A stretch of DNA of 64,000 nt from Candidatus Moraniibacteriota bacterium (lineage in GTDB: Bacteria > Patescibacteriota > Minisyncoccia > Moranbacterales > UBA1568): assembly GCA_016699875.1 (NCBI GenBank), contig CP064989.1, positions 848,525 to 912,524 of the forward strand. The letters are read 5' to 3'. Positions 19,560 through 28,464 of this stretch are shown here, piece by piece; positions within the stretch are counted from its first letter, which is position 1, and every line of letters begins with the position of its first letter. Under the pieces are notes generated by a model. It did no database searches and was not told where the DNA came from. It was given only the letters and a program-made list of their open reading frames with translations. Position numbers and translations under genes: made by a program.

Positions 19560-19605
19560 TCAACGCTGGTCGGTTTGGGACTCAAACAGTATTTTCGTTG
19601 ATGCT

Positions 19606-20007
19606 ATGTTGAATCGCAAGAAACAATCCGGGTATATCACGCTTCTCAGTATCTTGGTTGTCGGAGCGGTCGGGGTCTCGATATCCGTATCGCTCCTCTT
19701 GCTTGGGCTGGGGAATTCACGGACCGGACTCTCTCTGCAGCAAATGTACCAAGCGAAAGCGCTCGCGGATGCTTGTGCGGAAGAGGCTCTTATTGAGGTG
19801 CAGAGCTCTGTTTCGTTTGCCGGGAGCGGCTCTTTGGCAATCGGACGGGGAACCTGTTCGTACTCGGTAACGAATCAGGGCGGGCAAAATAGGACGGTGA
19901 CAGCTGTGGGCACAATCGGCACAATTGTTCGGAAAACAGAAGTTATTTTGAGTAAGATTACTCCAAATATCGCTGTGATATCTTGGCAAGAGGTAAGGGA
20001 TTTGTAA
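19606..20007 (+). CDS. PilX-like pilus-associated protein / atypical minor pilin
   Basis: MLNRKKQSGYITLLSILVVGAVGVSISVSLLLLGL is a hydrophobic PilX-like N-terminal segment lacking Glu5. It is Met47 of table ORF 19468..20007. Confidence 0.45.
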   Translation: MLNRKKQSGYITLLSILVVGAVGVSISVSLLLLGLGNSRTGLSLQQMYQAKALADACAEEALIEVQSSVSFAGSGSLAIGRGTCSYSVTNQGGQNRTVTAVGTIGTIVRKTEVILSKITPNIAVISWQEVRDL

Positions 20008-20053
20008 CAAAGTATGGTATACTCGCAACATCAAGTGTTATTTTTCTGCCGCT

Positions 20054-20518
20054 ATGCGTGACATTCGAAGAGGGTGTATTCAAAATGAGAGGCAGCGAGG
20101 ATTTACCTTGCTTGAAATACTTTTGGTTGTAGCGGCAATCGGCATTCTTGCCGGCATCGTTATTCTCGCAATAAATCCGACCAAGCAGCTCGGGGACACT
20201 CGGAATGCCCAGCGCCGTTCCGATGTGAATACGATTCTGAATGCGGTTTATCAATATGCCATCGACAACAATGGCACTCTGCCAGCATCTATCACTACCA
20301 CCGCAACGCCTGTTTGCAAGACGGGCGGAACCTGTACAAGTCTTATCGATTTGAGCGCGCTTACGACGAATGAGAAATACCTCGTTTCTCTGCCATACGA
20401 TCCGATCGGTTCGACGACGAATAGCACCGGGTACAATATTAGCAAGTCTGCGAATGGGCGAGTGACAGTTTCAGCTCCAAGTGCCGAACAGAGCGTGACG
20501 ATCAGTGTCACGAGATGA
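20054..20518 (+). CDS. type IV pilin (major pilin candidate, paralog 1)
   Basis: ..QRG|FTLLEILLVVAAIGILAGIVILAINPTKQLGDTRNAQRRSDVNTILNAVYQY.. is a canonical type IVa pilin N-terminal helix. The C-terminal domain is Cys-containing and Thr/Ser-rich. Confidence 0.75.
   Translation: MRDIRRGCIQNERQRGFTLLEILLVVAAIGILAGIVILAINPTKQLGDTRNAQRRSDVNTILNAVYQYAIDNNGTLPASITTTATPVCKTGGTCTSLIDLSALTTNEKYLVSLPYDPIGSTTNSTGYNISKSANGRVTVSAPSAEQSVTISVTR
20105..20284 (+). repeat. direct repeat copy 1 (conserved pilin N-terminal coding block, ~180 nt)
   Basis: Near-identical nucleotide stretch (..attctcgcaataaatccgaccaagcagctcgg..actcggaatgcccagcg..) shared with 20697..20876, roughly 85-90% identity by eye. Confidence 0.7.
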
Positions 20519-20678
20519 CGTATGTCATGGCAGCGAAAGTGGGTGTTTGGGTTTCCTTTCCCTAAGAGAAGTGCGTGAAGAGTTTCATTGAGGATGGCGA
20601 ATATTTATCTGGTGACGGCTGGATTTCTGAGAAGGCAGAAATGACAAGAAAAGAAATACGTCGCATACATGATACATT

Positions 20679-21137
20679 ATGAAAAACACAAAGGCGTTTA
20701 CGCTTATAGAGATCTTGCTGGTTGTTGCGGCGATTGCTATTCTTGCTGGCATTGTTATTCTCGCAATAAATCCGACCAAGCAGCTCGGCGATACTCGGAA
20801 TGCCCAGCGTCATGCTGATGTGACGACGATTCTCAATGCTGTCTATCAGTATGCGCTTGATAATAATGGTACTTTGCCGACGATTCCTTCGAGTTCGACC
20901 TGTGACAACACCGCTTCCCACCAGATTTGCAAAGCAGGTTCTACAGGGACATGTTCGACCGGCGTTGATATTTCTGTCATTACGGACAACCAGAAATATG
21001 TGACGAGCATACCGATTGATCCGTCGGTTTCTTCGGCGGACGGAACAGGATACTATATTGTTCGAAGTTCGAACAATCGGGTGACGGTCTGTGCGCCGAA
21101 TGCCGAACAGGGGGTTGCGATTAGTGTGACTCGGTAG
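20679..21137 (+). CDS. type IV pilin (major pilin candidate, paralog 2)
   Basis: MKNTKA|FTLIEILLVVAAIAILAGIVILAINPTKQLGDTRNAQRHADVTTILNAVYQY.. has an N-terminal helix near-identical to paralog 1. The C-terminal domain is divergent with 5 Cys. Confidence 0.75.
   Translation: MKNTKAFTLIEILLVVAAIAILAGIVILAINPTKQLGDTRNAQRHADVTTILNAVYQYALDNNGTLPTIPSSSTCDNTASHQICKAGSTGTCSTGVDISVITDNQKYVTSIPIDPSVSSADGTGYYIVRSSNNRVTVCAPNAEQGVAISVTR
20697..20876 (+). repeat. direct repeat copy 2 (conserved pilin N-terminal coding block)
   Basis: See copy 1. The repeat separation is about 590 nt. Confidence 0.7.
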
Positions 21138-21154
21138 AATTTCAGAGAAATCGT

Positions 21155-21736
21155 ATGAATATACGAAGCCAGCTGTTCGCAAGTTATCTTGCGCTCGTTC
21201 TCTTGGGTGCCGGGACGTGGCTCTTTCTTATTGTAGAAGTGAAGACTCTCGCTCGTACGCACGAGGAATATGAGAGGATGGAATTGAACTCGTTTTCGGA
21301 TACGACGCTCTCCAAGCATGTCGGCGAGTCACAGATATTTGACGAATCGCTGAAACGAGTGCTTGATATCGTTGCGGTAAGCGTTGTGACATGGTCGATA
21401 CTGTCAGTCGTCGTCATCTGGAGAGTGTCGTCTCGGTTTACGAAGCCGATTCTTGAGTTGAAACTGGGAATGCAAAGGGTTTCCCAGGGAGAATCTTCAG
21501 TGCGTACCACCATATCGTCACGTGATGAATTCGGAGAACTTTCGGAAGCATTTAATCGCATGGCGGAGGAACTCGAGGGAGATAGGGAAAACATAGAGAA
21601 GAAAGTGGCAAGTCGGACAGCGGAACTTGAACGGATGAACCGGATCATGATGGATCGCGAGTCTAAGATGATCGAATTGAAAGAGAAGATACGGGAACTT
21701 GAGCAACACTATGGGAATATACGCGGCAACGATTGA
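21155..21736 (+). CDS. membrane HAMP-domain protein (2 TM + HAMP + coiled coil, no recognisable output domain)
   Basis: TM1 is LALVLLGAGTWLFLIV and TM2 is IVAVSVVTWSILSVVVIW. A HAMP-like segment follows (RFTKPILELKLGMQRV..RDEFGELSEAFNRMAEELE). The C-terminus is a charged coiled coil. Confidence 0.6.
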   Translation: MNIRSQLFASYLALVLLGAGTWLFLIVEVKTLARTHEEYERMELNSFSDTTLSKHVGESQIFDESLKRVLDIVAVSVVTWSILSVVVIWRVSSRFTKPILELKLGMQRVSQGESSVRTTISSRDEFGELSEAFNRMAEELEGDRENIEKKVASRTAELERMNRIMMDRESKMIELKEKIRELEQHYGNIRGND

Positions 21737-22397
21737 GGGCATTGCGACAAGAGCGTTGAATACGACGGAAGTGACATTTGGCATATCGGAACCGTTCAAA
21801 TTTACGGCCGGGCAGTATGTTACTGTGACGTTGCCAACACTCTATCATCTCGCAGAACGGGAACAGTATCGAGAATTCTCTCTTATTTCTCCGCCAGAAG
21901 ACGCATCTCGGCTTTCCATCGTGTTTCGAAACTCCGGAAGTCATTTTAAGCAGGAAATTTTACGAGGAAGAGATATTGGTCGGAATATAAAAGTCTCTCT
22001 TGAAGGGCCAAAGGGGGTGTTTACGTTGTCTCAGGATCTGAGTATGCCAATCGTTTTTCTTGCCGGAGGCATCGGCATCGCGCCCTTTCTTAGCATGATG
22101 CGGCATCTCTCAAACTTGAAAATTTCGGCTGACATCACACTTTTTTACTGTAATCGCAATCGCGAAAGTGCCACGTATCTGGATGAAATTATGAGCTATG
22201 AATTTGTTCGTTGCATCCCTGTGTTCGGCGACTTGTCTCTCACATTGATTGAGTCTCATGCGAAAGAGTATTCGAAGGACGGATTATGGTATGTATCGGG
22301 TCCTCGGGGGATGGTGAGGACAGCTCGTGAGATTCTCACGGCGCTTTCCGTTGAAGACAGATATATAAGATCAGAAGAATTTTCCGGGTATGAGTGA
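21699..22397 (+). CDS. FAD/NAD(P)-binding oxidoreductase, ferredoxin-NADP reductase-like fold
   Basis: An RxYS-type FAD motif (YREFSLIS) and an NAD-binding GGIGIAPF motif are present. The protein is ~230 aa. An internal Met at 21711 is the likely start. Confidence 0.6.
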   Translation: MSNTMGIYAATIEGIATRALNTTEVTFGISEPFKFTAGQYVTVTLPTLYHLAEREQYREFSLISPPEDASRLSIVFRNSGSHFKQEILRGRDIGRNIKVSLEGPKGVFTLSQDLSMPIVFLAGGIGIAPFLSMMRHLSNLKISADITLFYCNRNRESATYLDEIMSYEFVRCIPVFGDLSLTLIESHAKEYSKDGLWYVSGPRGMVRTAREILTALSVEDRYIRSEEFSGYE

Positions 22398-24018
22398 TGA
22401 TTTCCAACTGGCGCAAGAAAACAAGCTTCCAATTGAAGATTGCAGAGCGTTACTGACGGCGGTGAGTCAGGCAGCGCTTGTTTCCGTGACGGATTCTCGC
22501 GGCTCTATAATTTATGCAAACGACACTTTTGTAAAAGTCTCGAAGTATTCCTACGAAGAGCTTATCGGACAGAATCACCGGATCTTGAAATCAGGCGATC
22601 AACCGGATGTGATGTTTGAAGAACTGTGGAGAACGATTTCTTCCGGAAAAGTATGGCGAGGAGAGATTAAGAACAGGGCGAAGGACGGATCATACTATTG
22701 GGTTGATACTTCAATCGCTCCGATACTCGATGCTTCCGGGGTTCCGGAGCGGTATATTGCCGTTCGTTTTCTCATTACGGAGAAGAAGAATTCTGAGGAG
22801 GGAATCATGCAACAGAACGAGGAACTGGAAAAGACTAAGCGCATCATGCTCAACGTGCTCGAAGACGTGCAGGAGGAACGAAGTCGTGCGGAATCGCTTG
22901 CTTCCGATTTGGAGAAATTCAAGGTCGCACTCGACGGGACATCCGATCATGTTGTTATCACCGATCCGAATGGTGTTGCCTTATATGCAAATGCCGGATT
23001 GAAACGGATCACGGGGTTTAGTCCGAAGGAAGTTCTCGGGAAAAAGGTAGGGACGAAAGAGTTGTGGGGCGGGAATATGAATCAGGAATTTTATGAGAAT
23101 CTTTGGCGTGTTATCAAGATTGAAAAAAAACCTTTTGTCGGAGAAATTACTAACACGCGAAAAGATGGGACGCCATACCAGGCACTTTCAAGCATTTCAC
23201 CTATTGTGAACAAGCATGGCACTTTGGAATTTTTTGTCGGTATAGAGCGCGATATCACCAAGGAGAAAGAAATCGATAATGCAAAGACGGAATTTGTGTC
23301 GCTGGCGTCGCACCAACTTCGAACGCCGCTTTCCGCTATCAACTGGTATACGGAAATGCTCTTGTCGGAGGATGCGGGATCGATATCGGATATACAGCGA
23401 GAGTACCTTGAGGAGGTAAGTCACGGAAGTCGGCGTATGGTGGAATTGGTGAATGCTCTGCTCAATGTCTCGAGGATAGAGTTGGGCACATTTGCCATTC
23501 AGCCGGAGCCGACGGATGTTGTAGAGCTGGCGCGTGATGTGCTCAATGAGCTCAAACCGAAGATCTCGGAGAAACAGCTGCATATAAAGGAACAATTTGC
23601 AGAAGATCTTCCAAAAATGCTGATCGATCCGAAACTCACTAGAATTGTCTTTCAGAATCTTCTGACAAATGCGGTGAAATACACGCCGGAACAGGGGAAT
23701 GTCTCGATGTCGATTGCTATGAGTCAAGAAAAGACAAAATTCAGTATTTCTGTTTCAGACACGGGATATGGAATTCCCAAAGAAGATCAGTCTCGCATAT
23801 TTACCAAGTTGTTCCGGGCGTCGAATATCCGAGAGAAGGAAACGGATGGAACGGGATTGGGTCTTTATATCGTCAAGTCCATCATTGAACATTCTGGCGG
23901 AACGGTGACATTTGAGTCGGAAGAGGAAAAGGGAACGACGTTTACGATCGAACTTCCCGTTTCAGGTATGCGTTCGCAGGAGGGAAGTAAGCAAATCGAA
24001 TGGAAAGAAGAGCTTTGA
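22390..24018 (+). CDS. PAS/PAC-domain sensor histidine kinase
   Basis: Two PAS-like regions are present (..IIYANDTFVKVSKYSYEELIGQNHRIL.. and ..VALYANAGLKRITGFSPKEVLGKKV..). The H-box is SHQLRTPLSAINWYTE. The N box and G boxes are present (DTGYGIPKED, GTGLGLYIVKSIIEHSGG). Confidence 0.85.
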   Translation: MSDDFQLAQENKLPIEDCRALLTAVSQAALVSVTDSRGSIIYANDTFVKVSKYSYEELIGQNHRILKSGDQPDVMFEELWRTISSGKVWRGEIKNRAKDGSYYWVDTSIAPILDASGVPERYIAVRFLITEKKNSEEGIMQQNEELEKTKRIMLNVLEDVQEERSRAESLASDLEKFKVALDGTSDHVVITDPNGVALYANAGLKRITGFSPKEVLGKKVGTKELWGGNMNQEFYENLWRVIKIEKKPFVGEITNTRKDGTPYQALSSISPIVNKHGTLEFFVGIERDITKEKEIDNAKTEFVSLASHQLRTPLSAINWYTEMLLSEDAGSISDIQREYLEEVSHGSRRMVELVNALLNVSRIELGTFAIQPEPTDVVELARDVLNELKPKISEKQLHIKEQFAEDLPKMLIDPKLTRIVFQNLLTNAVKYTPEQGNVSMSIAMSQEKTKFSISVSDTGYGIPKEDQSRIFTKLFRASNIREKETDGTGLGLYIVKSIIEHSGGTVTFESEEEKGTTFTIELPVSGMRSQEGSKQIEWKEEL

Positions 24019-24043
24019 GGGATAATATTTAGATAATACGGTT

Positions 24044-24424
24044 ATGGATTCGATGAAGAAAAAAATTTTGATTGTTGAGGATGACACCTCGCTGCGGAAT
24101 GCGCTTTCGGAGAAACTTTCTTATGAGGGATTCTCCGCGTTTGAAGCGGAGAATGGCATTGTCGGTTTTGAAGTTGCGCTTCGAGAACGTCCGGATCTTA
24201 TCTTGCTCGATGTGATTATGCCGAAAATGGACGGTCTTACGATGCTCTCAAAGTTGAGAGAAGACTCGTGGGGAAAGAATGCGCAAGTTATCATGCTGAC
24301 CAATGTGAGCGACGGTGAAAGCGTATTGAAGTCCTTGAATCAGGCGGCATTTGACTATCTCATAAAATCGGACTGGAAGCTGGAAGACATTGTGCGAAAG
24401 ATCCGTGACCGACTTGAGAAATAG
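24044..24424 (+). CDS. single-domain response regulator (CheY-like receiver)
   Basis: KILIVEDD..DLILLDVIMPKMDG..VIMLTN.. is a REC domain. It lies immediately downstream of the histidine kinase. Confidence 0.8.
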   Translation: MDSMKKKILIVEDDTSLRNALSEKLSYEGFSAFEAENGIVGFEVALRERPDLILLDVIMPKMDGLTMLSKLREDSWGKNAQVIMLTNVSDGESVLKSLNQAAFDYLIKSDWKLEDIVRKIRDRLEK

Positions 24425-24436
24425 GGAGGGCAACCT

Positions 24437-25753
24437 GTGTGTCGGCTTGAAGGATGCCAACTTTTCGGCTATACTGCGCGCATGGATACTGAAATCTTCC
24501 GTATTGAAGGAGGGACGAAGCTCTCGGGCGAAATCGAGGTGCGCGGATCAAAAAACGCCGCAGCGCCTATCATTGCTGCGACGCTTCTCACAAAAGAACC
24601 ATGCATTATCCGTAATGTCCCTCGCATCGAGGATGTGTTTCGGTTACTTGAGATACTCGAAAGTATGGGATCGAAGATTGATTGGATCGGCGATCGAACG
24701 GTGCGTATCGAAAACGCCGATATCCATCCAGATCGAATGAATGTCGAGCTGGTAAAGAAGATTCGGTTTTCGATTCTTCTCTTAGGTTCGCTTTCAGCGC
24801 GTTTTGATTCGTTTTCACTGGCACATCCGGGCGGGTGCGCGATAGGTTCAAGGCCGGTTGATGCGCACTTTGATGCGCTGCGGAAACTTGGCGTTGAATC
24901 TCATTCCAAAGAGAAGTTTTATGTTGTTTCCGCTGCCGATCGTCATCCTGCGAGTGTTGTCATGAAAGAATTCTTCTCGGTGACAGCAACCGAAATCGCG
25001 CTTATGCTTGCGGCATCGCTTCCTGGAACGACGACGCTTAAAATTTCCGCCGCAGAGCCCCACGTTGAAGATCTCGGACGTTTTCTTATCTCCATGGGGG
25101 CGAATATTGAGGGATTGGGGACGCACACTATTTCTGTTGAGGGTGGCGCACTTTGTGGAACGGAACATACGATTATTCCCGATCCGATTGAAGCGGCGAC
25201 ATTTCTGGTGCTGGGTGCGGCAACGAAAAGCGATATTACTGTTTGTCACGCGCGACGAGACCATCTCGATATTGTACTTGAGAAGTTGCGGGAATTCGGT
25301 GTGGGATTCGAGTATTCCGACGATACTGTCCGCATTATTCCAACGAATGCTCTTCGGAGTCCGGGCAAAGTAAAGACGGAAATATATCCCGGTATTCCAA
25401 CGGATACGCAGTCACTTTTCGGTGTTCTTTCGTCGCTTGCCGATGGCGAGACGCTGATTCATGATCATATTTATGAAAGTCGATTTAACTATCTTGCGGA
25501 GCTTGAGAAGATGCGGGTAATGTCCGTCATTTTGAATCCGCATCAGGCGGTGATTCATGGTCCGGCTCATTTGCGCGGTACGACAATCAAGAGTTTCGAT
25601 CTTCGAGCCGGAGCGGCGCTTATTATTGCGGCGCTTGCTGCCGAAGGCACGACGACAATCGAAGATATTTACCAGGTCGATCGCGGCTACGAGCGAATTG
25701 AAGAGCGGTTGCAGAAAATCGGAGCGAAGATAGAACGGGTGAATAAGGAATGA
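24437..25753 (+). CDS. murA: UDP-N-acetylglucosamine 1-carboxyvinyltransferase
   Basis: MDTEIFRIEGGTKLSGEIEVRGSKNAA.. aligns with the MurA N-terminus. The active-site Cys lies in LAHPGGCAIGSRPVD. The GTG at 24437 has a GGGAGGG SD 6 nt upstream. An in-frame ATG at 24482 gives the canonical MDTEIF start. Confidence 0.9.
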   Translation: MCRLEGCQLFGYTARMDTEIFRIEGGTKLSGEIEVRGSKNAAAPIIAATLLTKEPCIIRNVPRIEDVFRLLEILESMGSKIDWIGDRTVRIENADIHPDRMNVELVKKIRFSILLLGSLSARFDSFSLAHPGGCAIGSRPVDAHFDALRKLGVESHSKEKFYVVSAADRHPASVVMKEFFSVTATEIALMLAASLPGTTTLKISAAEPHVEDLGRFLISMGANIEGLGTHTISVEGGALCGTEHTIIPDPIEAATFLVLGAATKSDITVCHARRDHLDIVLEKLREFGVGFEYSDDTVRIIPTNALRSPGKVKTEIYPGIPTDTQSLFGVLSSLADGETLIHDHIYESRFNYLAELEKMRVMSVILNPHQAVIHGPAHLRGTTIKSFDLRAGAALIIAALAAEGTTTIEDIYQVDRGYERIEERLQKIGAKIERVNKE

Positions 25754-25779
25754 TGGGCGGGAAGAGCACCGAATTCAAA

Positions 25780-25866
25780 ATTTCAAGTTCCAAATAAATT
25801 TCAAATTCCAAACAGGAGTTCCTGGTTCTCTCTTCGATGTTTTGGTGTTTATTTGGAACTTGGAAT
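25780..25866. repeat. large imperfect inverted repeat in murA-mreB spacer
   Basis: The left arm is ttcaagttccaaataaa and the right arm is tttatttggaacttgga, about 50 nt apart. Further ttccaaa/tttggaa sub-repeats are present. Coordinates are approximate. Confidence 0.4.
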
Positions 25867-25888
25867 TTGATTTTTGGAATTTTTACAC

Positions 25889-26896
25889 ATGTTTGTCAAA
25901 AAGATCGGTATTGATTTGGGGACGGCGAATACGCTGGTCTTTGTTCCCGGGCGGGGGATCGTAGTGAACGAGCCCTCGGTAGTTGCCGTATCTATCGGTG
26001 AGAACAAGGTGCTTGCCGTCGGCAATGAAGCCAAGGAGATGCTTGGTCGGACACCTGACACTATCGTTGCGTCGCAACCGCTTCGGGATGGCGCCATTGC
26101 CGACTATCGTATCACCGAGGCGATGCTTCGATATTTTATCGGGCTTGTGTCCGGGCGACTGCGCTTTTTCCGTCCGGAAGTCGTGCTCTCTATTCCGGCG
26201 GGCGTGACCTCGACAGAGCGCCGTGCCGTAGTGGATGCGGCGATCAAAGCGGGCGCTAAGTCCGCCTATGTCGTCAAGGAACCGATACTCGCGGCGATCG
26301 GAGCGGGCATCCCGATTCACACGGCGCAGGGGAATATGATTATCAATATCGGCGGCGGCACGTCTGAAATCGCGATTATCTCGCTTGGAGGAATTGTTGC
26401 GGCGCACTCGGCGCGCGTCGGCGGAAATCGTATTGATCAGGCGATATCGGACTATATCAAGCGCAAGTACAGTATGGCGATCGGCGAGCGCACTGCGGAG
26501 GAGGTAAAGAAGACGATCGGATCGGCGATTGCCTTAGTCAAAGAAGAATACTTTGATCTGCGCGGGCGCGATCTCATGGGTGGACTCCCGAAGACGCTCA
26601 CGGTGTCATCGAATGAAATCACCGAGGCGATACAGGACGAGCTTCGTGAAATTATAAACGTCATCAAACATGTGCTCCAGGAAACGCCACCCGAACTCGC
26701 CGCGGATATCATGGACAAGGGCATGATACTCTCGGGCGGCACGGCCCAACTCAAAAATCTGGATCAGCTGATAGCGCGCACGATCGGCGTGCCCTGTTTC
26801 GTTGCTGATGATGCGGCGTTTTGTGTTGCCAAGGGAACCGGCATCGTGCTTGAAAATCTCGACATCTACAAGCGAAGCATCATGATTGGTAAGTAG
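25889..26896 (+). CDS. mreB: rod shape-determining protein MreB (actin homolog)
   Basis: MFVKKIGIDLGTANTLVFVPGRGIVVNEPSVVAV.. and the ..IGGGTSEIAIISLGGIV.. and ..LSGGTAQLKNLDQLI.. motifs are present. ATG 25889 is chosen over the table TTG at 25874. Confidence 0.9.
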   Translation: MFVKKIGIDLGTANTLVFVPGRGIVVNEPSVVAVSIGENKVLAVGNEAKEMLGRTPDTIVASQPLRDGAIADYRITEAMLRYFIGLVSGRLRFFRPEVVLSIPAGVTSTERRAVVDAAIKAGAKSAYVVKEPILAAIGAGIPIHTAQGNMIINIGGGTSEIAIISLGGIVAAHSARVGGNRIDQAISDYIKRKYSMAIGERTAEEVKKTIGSAIALVKEEYFDLRGRDLMGGLPKTLTVSSNEITEAIQDELREIINVIKHVLQETPPELAADIMDKGMILSGGTAQLKNLDQLIARTIGVPCFVADDAAFCVAKGTGIVLENLDIYKRSIMIGK

Positions 26897-26926
26897 ATTG
26901 AGAACATTCAAATATCGAAGTACTGA

Positions 26927-28093
26927 ATGTTTTTATCTTCCGTTTTTATGATTATCGGCATTGATGCGTCGCGGGCGTTTCTTGCGAAGCGAACAGGGAT
27001 AGAAGAGTATTCATACCAACTGATCAAACATTTGCGCCATGAACTTGCAGGAGAGCGGGTTGTTTTGTATGTGAGGGCAACCAACAACAGGCAACAAACG
27101 ACAAGCAGTAAACAATCAATAACAGATGGGATTGATTTTGAATTGCCAGAAAAATGGGCGGTGCGAGAACTGTGGGCGCCAAGGTTCTGGACGCAAGGGA
27201 GATTGGCGATCGAGATGCTGTTTCATTCGGTGGATGTGCTTTTCGTACCGGCGCATACGGTGCCATGGATACATCCGAAACGAACAGTCGTCGTGGTTCA
27301 CGGACTCGAGTACGAATTCTGTCCCGAGACCTACTCGCTGTGGGAGCGGATCTATATGCGGTGGTCGATCAGAAATTCTTGCCGGTGGGCATCCTCGATT
27401 ATTGCCGTTTCTGAAAATACGAAGCGAGATTTGATGAGTCGGTATAGCATGCCGGAGGAGAAGATGCGAGTGGTGTATGAGGGAGTGTCTTACCTACAAT
27501 TTCCAACTGACAACGAGCAATCGGATTCAAGACCCTCTGTTTCAAGGTTTCCGATTTCCAATCCGTACTTTCTCTTCATTGGACGGATTGAGGCAAGGAA
27601 AAACGTGAGGAGAATCATCGCGGCATTTGATCGCTTCAAGAAAAAGCACGGGACAAATCACCAGCTTGTTTTGGCGGGAAAGCCGGGATTTGGATATGAG
27701 GTTATCAGCGATCAGTTGAAGACGCTACCTTGTCGGGAGGACGTGGTTGAGGCTGGTTATGTCAGCGAAGAGGAGAAATGGCGGCTTTTGCGGAATGCGA
27801 ATGGGTTTCTCTTTCCGACATTGTATGAAGGGTTCGGTCTCCCGGTTCTTGAAGCGCAATCGGCCGGTGTGCCGGTCGTAACATCGAATGTCTCGTCGCT
27901 GCCGGAAGTGTCCGGTTCGGATTCAGCTATTCTCGTTGATCCTCTGAATGTCGAGGAGATTGCTCAGGGAATAGAAAAAATCGCCTTGGATCAAGGCTTT
28001 CGCAGTGGTATAATCGAACGAGGCTTTCAAAATGCCGCTCGGTTCAGCTGGGAAGCGTGCGCAAGAGAGATTGCGGAGCTGTTGAAACTATGA
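26927..28093 (+). CDS. glycosyltransferase family 4 (GT-B, group 1)
   Basis: The C-terminal ..LFPTLYEGFGLPVLEAQSAGVPVVTSN.. is the EX7E-type GT4 motif. Confidence 0.8.
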   Translation: MFLSSVFMIIGIDASRAFLAKRTGIEEYSYQLIKHLRHELAGERVVLYVRATNNRQQTTSSKQSITDGIDFELPEKWAVRELWAPRFWTQGRLAIEMLFHSVDVLFVPAHTVPWIHPKRTVVVVHGLEYEFCPETYSLWERIYMRWSIRNSCRWASSIIAVSENTKRDLMSRYSMPEEKMRVVYEGVSYLQFPTDNEQSDSRPSVSRFPISNPYFLFIGRIEARKNVRRIIAAFDRFKKKHGTNHQLVLAGKPGFGYEVISDQLKTLPCREDVVEAGYVSEEEKWRLLRNANGFLFPTLYEGFGLPVLEAQSAGVPVVTSNVSSLPEVSGSDSAILVDPLNVEEIAQGIEKIALDQGFRSGIIERGFQNAARFSWEACAREIAELLKL

Positions 28094-28161
28094 GGCTCTA
28101 TAACTGAACTGTTGGAGGGTTTCATAGCTTTTTGGGGACTCAAGGGTAAAAAAGGGAAATG

Positions 28162-28192
28162 AAAAACCCGTTGATGTGATCTCGGGGTTTTT
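28162..28192. terminator. bidirectional hairpin terminator between convergent genes
   Basis: AAAAACCCG..loop..CGGGGTTTTT, flanked by A-tract and T-tract. Confidence 0.4.
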
Positions 28193-28215
28193 GGTTAGTG
28201 ACTGGTTTCGTGGGA

Positions 28216-28464
28216 TTAATCAATCACTCGCATCGCCCAGAGTTCATCGTCCGTGTATTCCTCTGAAGCAAATTGATCTCGAGCAAGTTGGTTAACGGGT
28301 TGAATATCCCATTCCTCTGGAACTTCATCGCCAACAGCTATACCTGGGCAGTTTGGATCTGTGATGAAAATAAATTTCCCATTGACTTCCCTGGCGTAGC
28401 CACCGCCCTGTGTTACGTAAACAGGGTACTTTCGATCTTCAAGGTCATTCAATTTTTTTTCCAC
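28216..28464 (-). CDS. hypothetical protein (82 aa, acidic)
   Basis: ORF only. No family recognised. Confidence 0.35.
   Translation of the reverse strand: MEKKLNDLEDRKYPVYVTQGGGYAREVNGKFIFITDPNCPGIAVGDEVPEEWDIQPVNQLARDQFASEEYTDDELWAMRVID

Noticed and set aside
20562-21182. 206-aa minus-strand ORF
   Set aside because: It is antisense to pilin paralog 2, whose class III signal peptide and conserved N-terminal helix make the plus-strand gene secure.
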